From positions 2,108,001 through 2,172,000 of the forward strand of contig NC_081332.1 of assembly GCF_022539665.2 (NCBI RefSeq): a stretch of DNA of 64,000 nt, read 5' to 3'. The notes beneath the pieces were generated by a model that ran no database searches, was not told the origin of the DNA, and worked only from the letters and a program-made list of their open reading frames with translations. Source of the stretch: Daphnia carinata. Taxonomy: Eukaryota. A program made the position numbers and the translations under genes. How positions within the stretch are numbered: the first letter of the stretch is position 1; the number at the start of each line of letters is the position of its first letter. This document shows, in pieces, positions 52,035 through 64,000 of this stretch.

Positions 52035-53285
52035 TCCACTTGACGTGGAAACTCACGCCCCATCGTCAAAGGCACGCCACCGACAATTCCACATCCGACT
52101 TCGTTTCACGTAATTTCATTTTTTTTTTTTTTTCACAAATAAAACAATAAAAAAAAAATGTTTGATTTAATGATCAACAAAATACAATTATTTTATTTTA
52201 TTTTATTTTTTGGAGTGAGAGAGAAAGAGAGAGAGAGACCACCCTTTTCGAATTGAGTTCGGCAAATGAGGAAGGTCTCGTTTGGCAACGACCACCAACA
52301 TCATAACGTATAGAGACAGACTACATTTCTAATTGAAAAATAGAGGGAAAAACAAAACCCAAAAAAAAACAAAAAAACAAAATAAAAGCTTTTGCTCCCT
52401 TTTTTTTTTATTTATTAGAAATTGATTGTTATTTTAATGCTGCATCGTTTTAATGATCACGGGCCGCACGGTGCACGGGAACGTCCAGTACAGAAATGCT
52501 GAACATCTGGCGCTCGTCTTTTTGGCTGAGACTTGCACGGGTGGCCCTTTTTGTATTTTTTATTTTTATTATTATTATTATTTTTTTTTTTTTTTTTTTG
52601 CCTCTAACGGGCTGTCCATGTGCTCGATCCAAAAATCAGTCGAGTGCATATTTATTTGTATTTTTTTTTTTTTTTTACCATATAGAACAGAGGAAAAGAG
52701 AGTGACGCAATCCACGTTCACTTGATTCCACATGTTCACGCGTTGTTTTCGCTCATTTCGAGGCATCTGCCGTGGGCGAACGATATCGGCTGTAGAACGC
52801 CGATTGAGGTCGTCTCTATATACCCTCCACCACGCATGTAATTCTCTTTATTTTTATTTTTTTTTTTTATTGGATCACGGTTTCTTGGAGACGGCATTCG
52901 AAAATTAGTGAACACGAACGAGGAAATAACAATAATGTCCCCACTCCCCCGTAAAAAAAAAAAAATATGGCGTGTCCGAAAAAAAAAAAAAAAGGGACCA
53001 CAAGAAATCTATCGACTTTGCTGGAATATTGGGCGTTTCAAAAAATAATAATAAAAATCGAGATGTACTCACGCGAGCATCATAATAAAAAAAAAAAAAA
53101 TCGTTACGACACTTTGATTGTACGCGGACGTTCTTTCTTCCGCTTTAAAAAAAAAAAAAAGGGGAAGGAAGGAGAATCGGATGTGTCACTGATCCCTTTT
53201 TCTTTTCCGAATGATAAAGCAAAAAAAAAAAAAAAAAAAAAAAAAATAGTCAAGTCATCGGCAATGAGCTCATCTTTATTGTGTC

Positions 53286-53316
<31 letters not shown>

Positions 53317-55253
53317 CGTGCGGGACTCAATGACTTTTGCGTTCCAGTCCAGGCTGCCCCGTTCTTTTTTTTTTTTTTTTCTTCCCAGGGACTGTGTGCC
53401 ATTCTTACATTATTAAATATTTCGAGATGTTCTCTTCCTCATCCCGCATGCGAAAAAAAAAAAAAAATTCTTTTGGAGGTTTGCACATTTTTTTTTTTTT
53501 TTTTTTTTTTTTTTTCAATTTCTTCAGGTCGGTCTTCTTTTGTTTCTGGTTTTTTTTTTTTTTTTTGGGCTGATGGTAACTGGGAAAGTAATAAGCGACG
53601 CCGGGTTGGCACGGCGACGGGGTGAACATCCTGAGTAGACCTTCGCCGTCGCTCTTTGCGCCTCCAGGTATAGACGATGATATTACCAAAAAAAAAAATA
53701 ATAATAAATAAATGGTCTAGTCGTGTACACTTCATTTTTTTTTTTTTTTTTTTTTTTGCCTCACCTCTCCATTTCTTTTATTTATTTTCTCCAATATTTA
53801 CGAATTTCCTGTGTGTTCGTGAATCTTTCTCCACCCCCCTTGTTTTTTTTTGGGTTTTTTTTTTTTCTTTTTTTATTTTACCATTTTTCGTTATTTTCTT
53901 CTGCTTTTTCAAGGACGCAAATGAACTGTCACATCCGGTGCAATCACTGCCGGTCTTTTCGGCGACATCCTTCTCTAATGCGCAAAGGCCATCCATTTTT
54001 CTTTCTTTTTTTTTTTTTTTTTTTTCTAATCATTTCTTTTCTATCCGAAAATTCCCGTTAGGGACATTTTACGTCACGCATACGTATGTTATCGATATGC
54101 AAAAACGTTTTTCTGGTCCCCCCCCCCCCCCCCCCAAAAAAAAAAAAACAATTGCCGTTTCTCTCCGTTCCTAACTAAAAAAAAAAAAAGAAAAAAAAAA
54201 GGCCCCCTCTGGTCAAATAGATTCATTTTTTTGTTTTTCTCTTGCATTTTTAATTCATTCCGAACGATCGTTTTTGTTTTGTTTTGTTTTGTCTAGTCAC
54301 AACGTAAAAGAACGAAACATTAAGAATTTAAACAAGAAAAAAAAGCGGGGTGGGGCAAATCAGCGCGTGATGCTGTAAACGCAGATCATTTTCGGAATGT
54401 TCTCTCTGTGTGTCTCTTTTGTATTAAAAAAAAAAGATTTCGAATTTTTCTAGGTCGTAAGTTTCTTTCGCGCGTCCCACCTTTTTTTTTTTTTTTTCTT
54501 CTTCTTCGGTTGCGTGAATTGATGCCGTGAGGAAATCGGGCGAGAAATTTTTCGTTAGAAAAAAAAAAAAAGAAAGAAAGAAAGAATACGGTCCCGTTGG
54601 GTTGGTACGGCGAGGTACGGCCGCGAGTCCGGCTGCCGCCATCTTTGCGGTTGCGTGAGCGGCGGACGATTCGGACCTTTTCTCTCTTTTTTTTTTTTTT
54701 TTTTAAAAAAGAGCCTTTCTTTTTTATATCAACAACTCCGGTTGTTATTCAACAGCCAACAACAGCAACTGAGAAAAAAAAAAAAAAATAAAATAATGGC
54801 CGTCATTCCGCGCACTGGTTATTTTTTATTTTTTTCTGCAAAGATTTTTCTATTTTATTTTGATAAGAAAAAAAAAAAAATAATAATAATAATAAATAAA
54901 TAAAATTTTTGACTTGTCCTTGTTTACCTCGAGGCAGCGGCGCCCGTAATGGCGTGGTGAACGCTCGAGGGGGCGGACGGAACACGTCAAGTTATTGAAA
55001 TCTGTTGGATGACCGCTGTCATTTGTTTCATTTTTTTTTTTTTTTGTATTTTTTTTTTTTTTTTATGGACTCCATTTCACACGCCAACCGGTTCCTCTTT
55101 TGTTTTTTTTTGTTTTTTCCTTGGTCAACATCACCAAGAACCCCCCCCCCCCCCCCAAAAAAAAAAATAAAATAAAAAAAAATATCACTTTTTGAATGGA
55201 GATGATGGGCCCAATTTATTCAACAAAAAAAACCCATCGCCATTTCCAAACGA

Positions 55254-55284
<31 letters not shown>

Positions 55285-56331
55285 CGGTTCATTGTCCTCG
55301 GCTGATCGACCTGTTTCAACGGTGCACCATTTGCACCGGCCATCGTGTGCAGCAATTGAAACTCACGCGTCACATTTACATTTTTTTTTTTTTAGACGCT
55401 AGCTCTGCACAGTGCAATGTCAAGGTTTTTTCTTCGCCTTCTAGTATAGTTTTGTTTCTTCTTTTTTAGCTTCGGCTCCCGACCGTGTCGTTTTTGTCTT
55501 TCGACAACATTTCGTCTTTCACAACGTCCATCGAGCGTTTGAAAAAAAAATCTTCGGGGGTTTGATTTTTTTTTTTTTTGTGTCTGTTTTTCATCGTCGA
55601 AATGAAACAAACAAACAAACAAAAAAAAACTTCTTCTGCGAACTCGAAAATTGCATTGATAATCAAAAACATTTAACCAAGTTTTTCGTTCATTAAAAAG
55701 GGTTCCCCTCTTGTGTTGTGTGCCATTGTTCTCTTGAAGAACTTGAGAGCAAGGCCGCGTGATTCACCCCGTGCAATACATATATATACAGCGTCCCTTT
55801 GTCTTATTTTGTGCCGTTGCGTCTCTTTGGTACATGCAACGAACGATTGTTACAACAGATGATGCAATTTTTCTTCAATGTCTCCCTTTTGAATTGCGTT
55901 CAATGTCGATCGTCTTTAACAGTGTCAGCTGTTAAAAAGCTGGTAAAAAAGGAACGACCTAAAAGCCCAAAGAGAGCAAACAAACACAACTCGTAGATGT
56001 AAATGAGATTTGGATTCGATTCAAAAATTAAAAAAAAAAAAAACAACAGAAAGCCCCAACTCGTTTTTTCTCTTTGCATCTCTTCGTTTCTCCAACATGA
56101 AAAAAAAAACAAAAACAAAATGTTGGCATGTTTGGTTGGTGATTTTGGGTCCTTTCCTTATTCAGGTCGGGTTGCCGGGGCGTTTTTTTTTTTTTTTTTT
56201 TTTCTTCTTCTTCTTCTTTCTATCTGGGGTAGAGGTGGTAAGGTAGCTCATACGAAAGAGAACAAAGGGGGGTCTGCTTTCTCCAAACTTTCTCCACATC
56301 CTACCCCAAGTCGTTTTAAGATTTTTGAATG

Positions 56332-56375
<44 letters not shown>
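56332..56375. repeat. Compound (GT)n(GA)n microsatellite
   Basis: Direct reading. Confidence 0.9.
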
Positions 56376-56377
<2 letters not shown>

Positions 56378-57985
56378 CACTTGATTTTTGGGGGTTTTTT
56401 TTCTTGCTTACCACATGAAAAATTGGATCGTTTCAAATGATGATCGCCAAAAACAAAACAAAAAAAGTGGCATCCTATTTTTTATTTTTTTTTTTAAAGC
56501 CATAAATGTTAATTAGGCCGTTTACAGACGAAGGTGAAATCGTGTTTTTTTTTTAAGGGGGGGGGGGGGGGCAGTTTGGTGCCAAGTGGAACTTTAAAAA
56601 AAAAAAAATGGCGTCTACTAGACGTGTGTGTGGATAGCCTGCAGCCATAAGAACACACATAGCTATTTTAGCGATATATTTATTTTATTTTATTTTATTT
56701 TTTTATTTTTTCCGCTTCGTGATGCCCTCGATGCCACCGGCGTTCGATGCCAAGGTTGACGTCAGATGCCGAATCTGGCAAGGTCGTGACGTGGCCATCC
56801 CGTATGATTTTCACTTGGCTTTTTTTTTTTTTTTTTTTTTTTTTCGTTCGTTCGTTCGTTACACGCGAACGCCAAACGCAAATCAGCAAAAAAAAAAATA
56901 AATAAAAATAAGAAATAAAAATAAAATAAAATGCTGTGTCGGTGATTTGCATTTGCTCACCAACGTACCTCACGTCATCGAAAAATGCGCACCGACGCCT
57001 TTGATCGCAAACGTCAACATCTCGAACAAACGGATACGCGCGCATCTCGTTTGCATACGATATGTTGACACGACAGTGCGGGGATGGAATCAAACAATGA
57101 CGAACAATGTAAACTATGATGCGTCGTATTATTATTTATTTATTTTATTTTATTTTTTTTTTTTGGGGGGGGGGGGGGGGTTTCATTTTGCCTTGGGTTT
57201 ATGGCTGTTTTTCTTTCTTGAGACTCCCGAGGGGGGGAGAAGCTCGAAGTGCTTTTTGCGTGTGTTATATTATTATTATTTGTACTTGTGTTTATTCACC
57301 CGGCAGCGGCCCTGACGAATAGTTATGTCCTTGGCCAGCACACGAAATATTCTCACAGCCAAAAGAGAATTTTTGAATTTCATTTTCGCGTTGTACGGAT
57401 GTCGTGTGAAAAGAAAACCTGTTTCCGAAAACGAGCTCCCTAATTCTTTTCGTCGCTGAATTTTTGCGTCTTCAAAATTGAAATCGAGTGAAAAAACAAA
57501 AAAACAAAAAAATAAAAATAATAATAATAAAAGAAAAATAGCCGTTTTCTCCTGTCACGTTGCGTGTACGTTCGCGATAAGCAAGTCAGCACGTATGCAA
57601 AAAAAGAGTATCATTACGAAACATCACGATGCACTTAAAAGATTGGCATCGGAAGGGGCTCTTCTTAAGCAACGTCCTTCAACTCTTTTATTTCCCAATA
57701 TACATTTATTTTAAAAATAAAATTATGACATATTCTTAGAGATTCGAGATAAGACCTGTTGCACATCCGCTCGTTCACACGTTGGCCTCACGCCAACGTT
57801 TTTTGAAAAAAAAAACAAAAAACAAAAAACAAAAAAACCAGAACAGAATGAAATTTAAATTTTGGAGAGTTAACTCGTTTCATCCCACGTCGTGTCCTCA
57901 TATAAACTAGTTAAAAATATTCATCCTTTCATTTGAATAAATTAATCACATACTTTTTTGGGGACGTGTAGGACAAATCTTTCGC

Positions 57986-59809
57986 ATGTGCCACTGGGCG
58001 AGATGGCCGCTGCTGGCCGGCGGCAATCAATTGCGACCACTTCAGCGTTCCGTTTACCTTCTTGTCGTTTGGACCTGTCTCTGTTATGGCCTTTTCCAAA
58101 TCTCCAGCCGCGGGTCGGCAGATCCCACGTCGAGCGGCGCCGGCGCCGGATATGCCGGAGCCGGACCTGTCAATTCCCGCCTCCTTCTGCAGAAGGTCAC
58201 AGAGACGCCGTTGACCTCGACGGCCGCCTCCAGCGGCGTGGCCGTCGGCACGGCCACTCAACCCGCCACCAGCACCGACCCGGCCGGTGTCAAAATCGAT
58301 CGGACGAAGCCGGCCGACGACGAGTCCATGGCGCCCTTCATCCAGCAACGTGTTCCCAACGTGCCTTTCGAGTTCTGGCTGCGGGAAAAGGCAAAAATCT
58401 ATGGCAAAAACCACACTTGTGCCTTCTATCCCAGCGTCTTTGATATCAAATTCAACAACAAGTGAGTTTCACTTCTAAATGCAATCAATCAACCCGTTTT
58501 TCTTATTCATTTCGAAATTCAAAAAATTTGCAGTTATTGGCAAATGTTCCGGTCATCAAACGGTACCTTCTACTTGTACGGAGCTTATCACGACAACCGG
58601 GCGGCCGTCCAGAAACCGACCATTCGCATTCTCGGAATGATCGACCGGATAGAGCCGACAGTCAAAACGCATTGTCTCCTATGGTACGACGCGGCCAAGG
58701 ATCCCATCGTCATGCCCGTCGTCGAGTACAAGTATGTCTGGAATCAGAAATGGGGGAACTACAAACAAGGACTTCTCCAGCCCTACCTGATGGCCTGCCA
58801 TCTGCCGACGGCGGCCGTCCTGGCCAACAAGGGACTGCCGATCGATCGGGTGCCCATCTCCGTCTCGCTGACGGAGAAAGGCTGCGAGCCGCCCACCAAC
58901 AATTTGCGGGTCAACAACAACGTGCCGGCCAAGAAGGGCCGCTTCGCCGTTTGCGTCAAAGGTCTCGACTTTTTGCGCGAAGACTTGAGCGTCCGTCTCG
59001 TTGAATGGATCGAGCTGTTGGGCTTGCTCGGAGCGGACAAAATCTTCCTCTACGAACTTGAAGTTCATCCCAACATCTCCAAAGTACTGCGATACTACCA
59101 GGAAACGGGCAAAGTGGAACTGACGCCCATCACGTTGCCTGGCGAGCAGCCCAACATCCCGGGATTGCGTCACATGTATCTCAAGTCGAAGATCACGAGC
59201 AAACGCCAAAACGAGGTGATACCGTACAACGATTGCTTGTACCGCAACCTCTACAGCTATGACTACATCGCTCTAATGGATACGGACGAGGTCATTTTGC
59301 CCAAGAACGTGCAGACTTGGAACGAACTGATCGACATTATAGTGCCGAAATCGCTAACCGTTGCCAACTACACCCGAGCTTCTTACAATTTCCGCAATGT
59401 TTACTTTTGGGACGACGCGGAGCACTCGCACCGATGGGAGGCCAACATCCCGCGCCACATGCACATGCTCCAACACGTCTACCGTAGTTACAATTACACG
59501 AAACCCAACCAGTACGTCAAGTGCTTCCACAACGTTCAGAAAATCCTGACGCTGCACAATCACTTCCCACTGGCCTGTTTGGGTGGTGGTTGTACTTCGT
59601 ACCCGGTCGAGCCAGAAACGGCTCACCTGCAACACTACCGTGCCGATTGCGTCAGCACGCTGAAGAAGAGCTGCGACACCGAGTACAAGCAGCATCTGGT
59701 CAAAGATACTATCATATGGCGATACAAGGAAGATCTGATTCCTCGAGTCACTCAAGTGCTCAAGTCTCTCGATTTCTTCGAACACAAGGACGAAGCGAAT
59801 CAACTGTAG
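57986..59809 (+). CDS. Glycosyltransferase family 92 / DUF23 type II membrane protein (exons 57986-58461, 58534-59809)
   Basis: Signal anchor SVYLLVVWTCLCYGLFQIS and an Ala/Thr-rich stem. GT92-like motifs FAVCVKGLDF, RLVEWIELLGLLGADKIFLY, YNDCLYRN...IALMDTDEVI (DxD), KCFHN...TLHNHF and LQHYR. Phase-2 intron AA|GTGAG...CAG|T. Confidence 0.88.
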
Positions 59810-62358
59810 AGCCATAGAGTTTAAAAAAACAAAACTGGTTGTTTGTTTTGGTTTCATCGTTCAAGGACCAGACACACCCATCACATTTTATTTTTTATTA
59901 TTTTTTTTTTTTTTTTTTAATAACATTAAAAGGGAAAAAAAAAAAAATGAGAGTTTTGTTTGGTCGGTTTGTGTAAACAATGTATTGTAAGTCATACGCT
60001 CAAGACGCAACAAACTTTTGATTTTCGAATGGCAGATAAAGAGAGAGAGAGAGGATGAAAGGAGGGGGGCTTATGCATAATTTATGCATAGTCAGTCAAA
60101 AAAAAAAAATAAATTTAGTTTTAGGGAAAGCTCAATGTTTCTTCGGCGCCGTCGCTTCACTCGCGACATCACGTCTCAGCATGACCAGTCGACTGAATCC
60201 TATTGTATAAATCAACATTTGTCAAACAATAGGATAATATATAGATAAATGTCGAGACATTTCACATTTTTTTTTTTTTAATGAGGGAGGTTGAAGAGAG
60301 AAGAAATGAAAACAAAAAAAAAAAACATGGCCGACGCTGAAATCGGCCGCGATCTACGTCCACGTCAGTCGTTTAATTTTTTTAATTGAAACGAGCTATT
60401 TACGCACAGTGCACAATTTTGTTTGTTAAACTCATCATTTTTTTTTTCTTGTATGTGTGTTTTTCTTTTCTTTTAATTGTTATACTCAGTAATGAATCTG
60501 TTTTTTTGTTTTTTTTTTTAAATTTCATTCGGCATGAGTGGCATCTATGGATTCGAAAGAAAAATAGATGGAAAGCTTGTGCATAACATTGTGCTTGTGG
60601 GTTTTTTTGAGCACCACGTTCGGAGATGACGCACAACTCTCCGGTAAAGACAATGTGCGATGTGATGATTTATCTTGCGAATAAGCAAAAAAAAAAAAAA
60701 AAAAAAATTAGCTTTCTGTTTTTTTTTCCCATTTTTCATTTTTTCCCAAAGGAAAGACAAGAACTGTAATCTCGAATAAATCCATTTGACATGGCCGCGT
60801 CCATTGCCAAACCATCATTTCAATTCGTATGCAAAAGTGCTTGTGTTATTTCACCCCGTTTTTTTTTTTCTATTTCATCATTTTTTTGTTTTGTTTTGTG
60901 TAAAACACTCGTGAGACACATTTCTGTGAAATGCACACGCCACACCCCCCCCCCCCCAAAAAAAAAATCGCAGTTCGCTTTTTGTTCACTGTTTTTTGCT
61001 GTAAATGGTGTACGATTCATTATATAATTTTGTTTTTCTTCCTTCAAAACCTTTTTTTTTTAACGTATATCCTTAAAGCCTTAGCCACCATCCGTAATTT
61101 GTCGGCAAAATCAATTTATTTTTCTTTCAAATACGTGTCAATACCGTCCTATATGAGATACGCAGCCTGTTGCGTATCATTGTGCTAGTGTTTTTTTTCT
61201 GTGAATTAAAAAAGATTACAAAATAAGAAAACGTTTCTCTTTTTAATTCTTTATCTCGTTTAACACGTATAGATGGTATCTTGCCTTCTTTTGGGAGCGC
61301 CCTGCACGGCAGGTTTTCACCTCCATGATGATTTCAAAACCAAACTTTCTCCTCGACTTTGGCACTTCTGTTTAACTTTATCGGCCATCTTTGCGTACGA
61401 TCGCTGGACGTGTTCTCGCGCCATCGAACTGTCGTCGTCTGCTGTAAACAAGTGTTCACGATTTCTAAAAGCAGCCAGATGTCTGAGAAAGACAACGACT
61501 TCTTAGTTGCAATTGGTCATTGGACGATTTAGTTTCGCTTGTAAACTCTAACCGCATTGCAAACAGAATTTTTTCATTACCAATAAATAGTTTTTCTCTG
61601 TTCGTTGAGAACGATTACGACGACACTGTGACGAGTGCAAACTCGTTTCCATAAGAAGGGCAATGTTCCGCGTAGTGGACGAATCTTGCGACAGGAATCA
61701 CAAACCGCGACATGGTTCCTAATAAAGCGTGCAATGCCATCCGTTCTGGTAGGCTAGCTGGTATAGTGGTATTTCCAGTTCCTATTCGGATGTTACGCAT
61801 CAGTTTCGTTGACGACCTTGCCTTTGATTCAAATCGACAGGAATCAGGCATTTGAAACAAAGGTAAGGATAAGGATTCTCGATCTGGAAGCTTCCGGATT
61901 TGACAATTTTGAAAACAAGGTCTTCATAGCCTTGAAGCGTCCAGGGAGAAATCACCAACAAGTTCTTCTTCATTCCCAGTGAAAGAGATTGTGGTAAACA
62001 ACAACGTAATAAAAAATTAAACCTGTATGATTGGATTTTATGACCTTTCAAAGCAGCTTTCGCCAAGAGTCGACAGTTTTTTAATACCTGTTTGAGCAGT
62101 TTTCTTTCTGAATTTAAAAAAATTTTATTTAATCAAACACAAAAAGACACTTGGATTTTCAAACGTAACACAATGTATAGAAAGAGAGGCGTATGGCTAT
62201 CGCACCTGATGCAGCAACAATAACTGGGAAAAATAGTTTCAACATTCTTGTCCACCACCACCATAGGTAAACGAAAACAGCAAATATTATAATGTGCAAT
62301 AAATGGACAGTATTAACTTCCAGATATGGAATAGCGAGCAACTTTTGAGAAGCTAGTC

Positions 62359-63807
62359 TCAAATTTTAGCAGTCTGAGCATGCACGTTCTTGGGTGGAGT
62401 ATAGCTGTAGAGGAACACTGAACCCATTACTAGTAATGTACCAAGGGAAAACTGTAGGGTCAAATGAAAATCGAATAGGTAAATGGACAGCACGCATGAC
62501 AATATGATTGCCAATGAAGTCGCAAATCCTTTCAGGATGTTGTCTGCAATGAAGAAAATCGTTTTATGCAATGAGGAAGTTGTGAGTATGAGACAATTAG
62601 CCATACATACCTGCGTATTTAACGACCATAGCTACCAACAGTCCTCCCGTTGCTTGAAGGGTCACGAGGTACCAAATGAAAGCGTCATACCCGAAAAAGA
62701 ATCCTTGCGAACTAATGGTGCTCCAGTCGTAAAGCAAACAGGTGAACAAGCCGAATGGAAGAGACAGAAAGCTTAGCTGGATATTTCGCATCCATACTGA
62801 AACATTGGATCCCTATAGCATGGAGAAGGAAACAAAATTATTATGTATCGTAGTAGTATGACTATCTGCAATTCTTTCATGGTGCTCACTTTAAGAATTT
62901 TTTCAAAATAGATGCCGGCAAACCCAGACAATACACAGGCGGACAACGCGGCACCGAAGCCAATCCATCGGTGCTGCTCAGGACCAGATGGGACTGTTTT
63001 ATCGGATTTTTCCGGCTCGGTCTGGGCTAATTGAACCTTCGAAATAATTGGTATTAATATACGTTCGTATTTTTGTTAGCCTTCGAATTGAATTTTTAAA
63101 AATGTGACTTTTTCCATACCATAGCAACACCAACAAGCAACACCACCAATGCTATCCACTGAGTAGTTATCAACTGCCGTTTCAATATAGCCACTGTGAA
63201 GAGGGCAGCAGTGAGAATCTTCAATTGATATGTGACCTAAGGAGAAAAAAAAAGTGAGATGGTTTAGATGATTTGTTTTCTACAGGTTGCCTTCTCCCAT
63301 GGTACCTGATATGTGGCTGCATCGAGATGGGATGCGGCAACATATAGTAGATTGTTTTGCACAACATAGACCATTGAAGGTACACAAACTTTCAATGTAT
63401 CAAGAGGTTGTTTGATTATCTGAATGTTTATAGCTTCTTTGAGTTTTATAAGTGAATTTCCTTCCTCATGGTATACAAGCCAAAGGCATGATAATAGCTT
63501 CACAAACTCTGACATCAAGACAGCTAGATTGAAAACAAATAGGATTATAGGTAATTATAATTCTTGTTGATTAGAGGTCAAACCTAAAAAGCAACCTGTG
63601 GATTAAAACATTACCTGTAGAGGAGAGAAACATATCTCCCACCCTTGTCCTGGCATACCGCATGCTCAACCCAAGTGCTGCATTTTGTACAGTCAGGGTA
63701 ACAAGGCTAATGTATTTCATGTTTTCTGCATCTGTAGAAACATCTTAAATACAGACCATCTCATTGCATGAATTTTTCAAATAAGGTACTTTACTTTTTA
63801 GCTCCAT
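62359..63807 (-). CDS. Ugalt: Golgi nucleotide-sugar transporter, SLC35A family (UDP-galactose transporter-like); multi-exon
   Basis: [141 protein letters not shown]. All are canonical SLC35A motifs. Confidence 0.9.
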
Positions 63808-64000
63808 CGCTGTTGTAGTCTATTACGTGCCTCAAAGGAACGGTTACGCTCTACAGTTAAATTCAAACAACTAAAACAAAGACTTTAAGAAAGGTTCCTT
63901 TTATTGCTTCATATCCACAAAAAAGGTGACGTATACAAATTTACAGAAACTTCACATTTGTAATGAGCTCGTTGCACTTGCAGACGTCCTTTACTGTGCT

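Noticed and set aside
42097..57714. Many Phe/Lys-rich ORFs in the ORF track
   Set aside because: Products of poly-T/poly-A runs, with no domain-like content or consistent splice structure.
58679..59857. Long antisense ORFs over the GT92 exon (and similar ones over Mnt exons)
   Set aside because: Expected shadows of GC-rich coding sequence on the opposite strand.

Overview
Eukaryotic, intron-rich DNA from a small-genome arthropod, most likely a Daphnia-like cladoceran. This is inferred from the ~60-80 nt introns, homopolymer-rich large introns and a relic of a Tyr-rich 'YYTEAPK'-type repeat gene. Seven spliced protein genes were reconstructed by eye: mei-P26-type TRIM-NHL (+), a PKA inhibitor peptide PKI (-), POLDIP2 (+, with an apparent 1-nt frameshift), RAD1 (-), Mnt bHLH-Zip (+, with two alternative first coding exons), a GT92/DUF23 glycosyltransferase (+) and a UDP-galactose-type SLC35A transporter (-). 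The most striking structure is an ~11 kb inverted duplication at ~26.5-37.5 kb. It has two ~4.4-4.5 kb near-identical arms around a ~0.7 kb spacer rich in nested palindromes, plus older diverged outer arms. Each arm carries three degenerate tRNA-like (A-box/B-box) units, a 319-bp piggyBac-like MITE with a cUUCGg hairpin, a GC-rich minisatellite and broken exon-like relics. A 38-bp tandem array and CTCF-like motifs lie at its edges. Exon boundaries were read manually and may be off by a few bases; no database searches were run.
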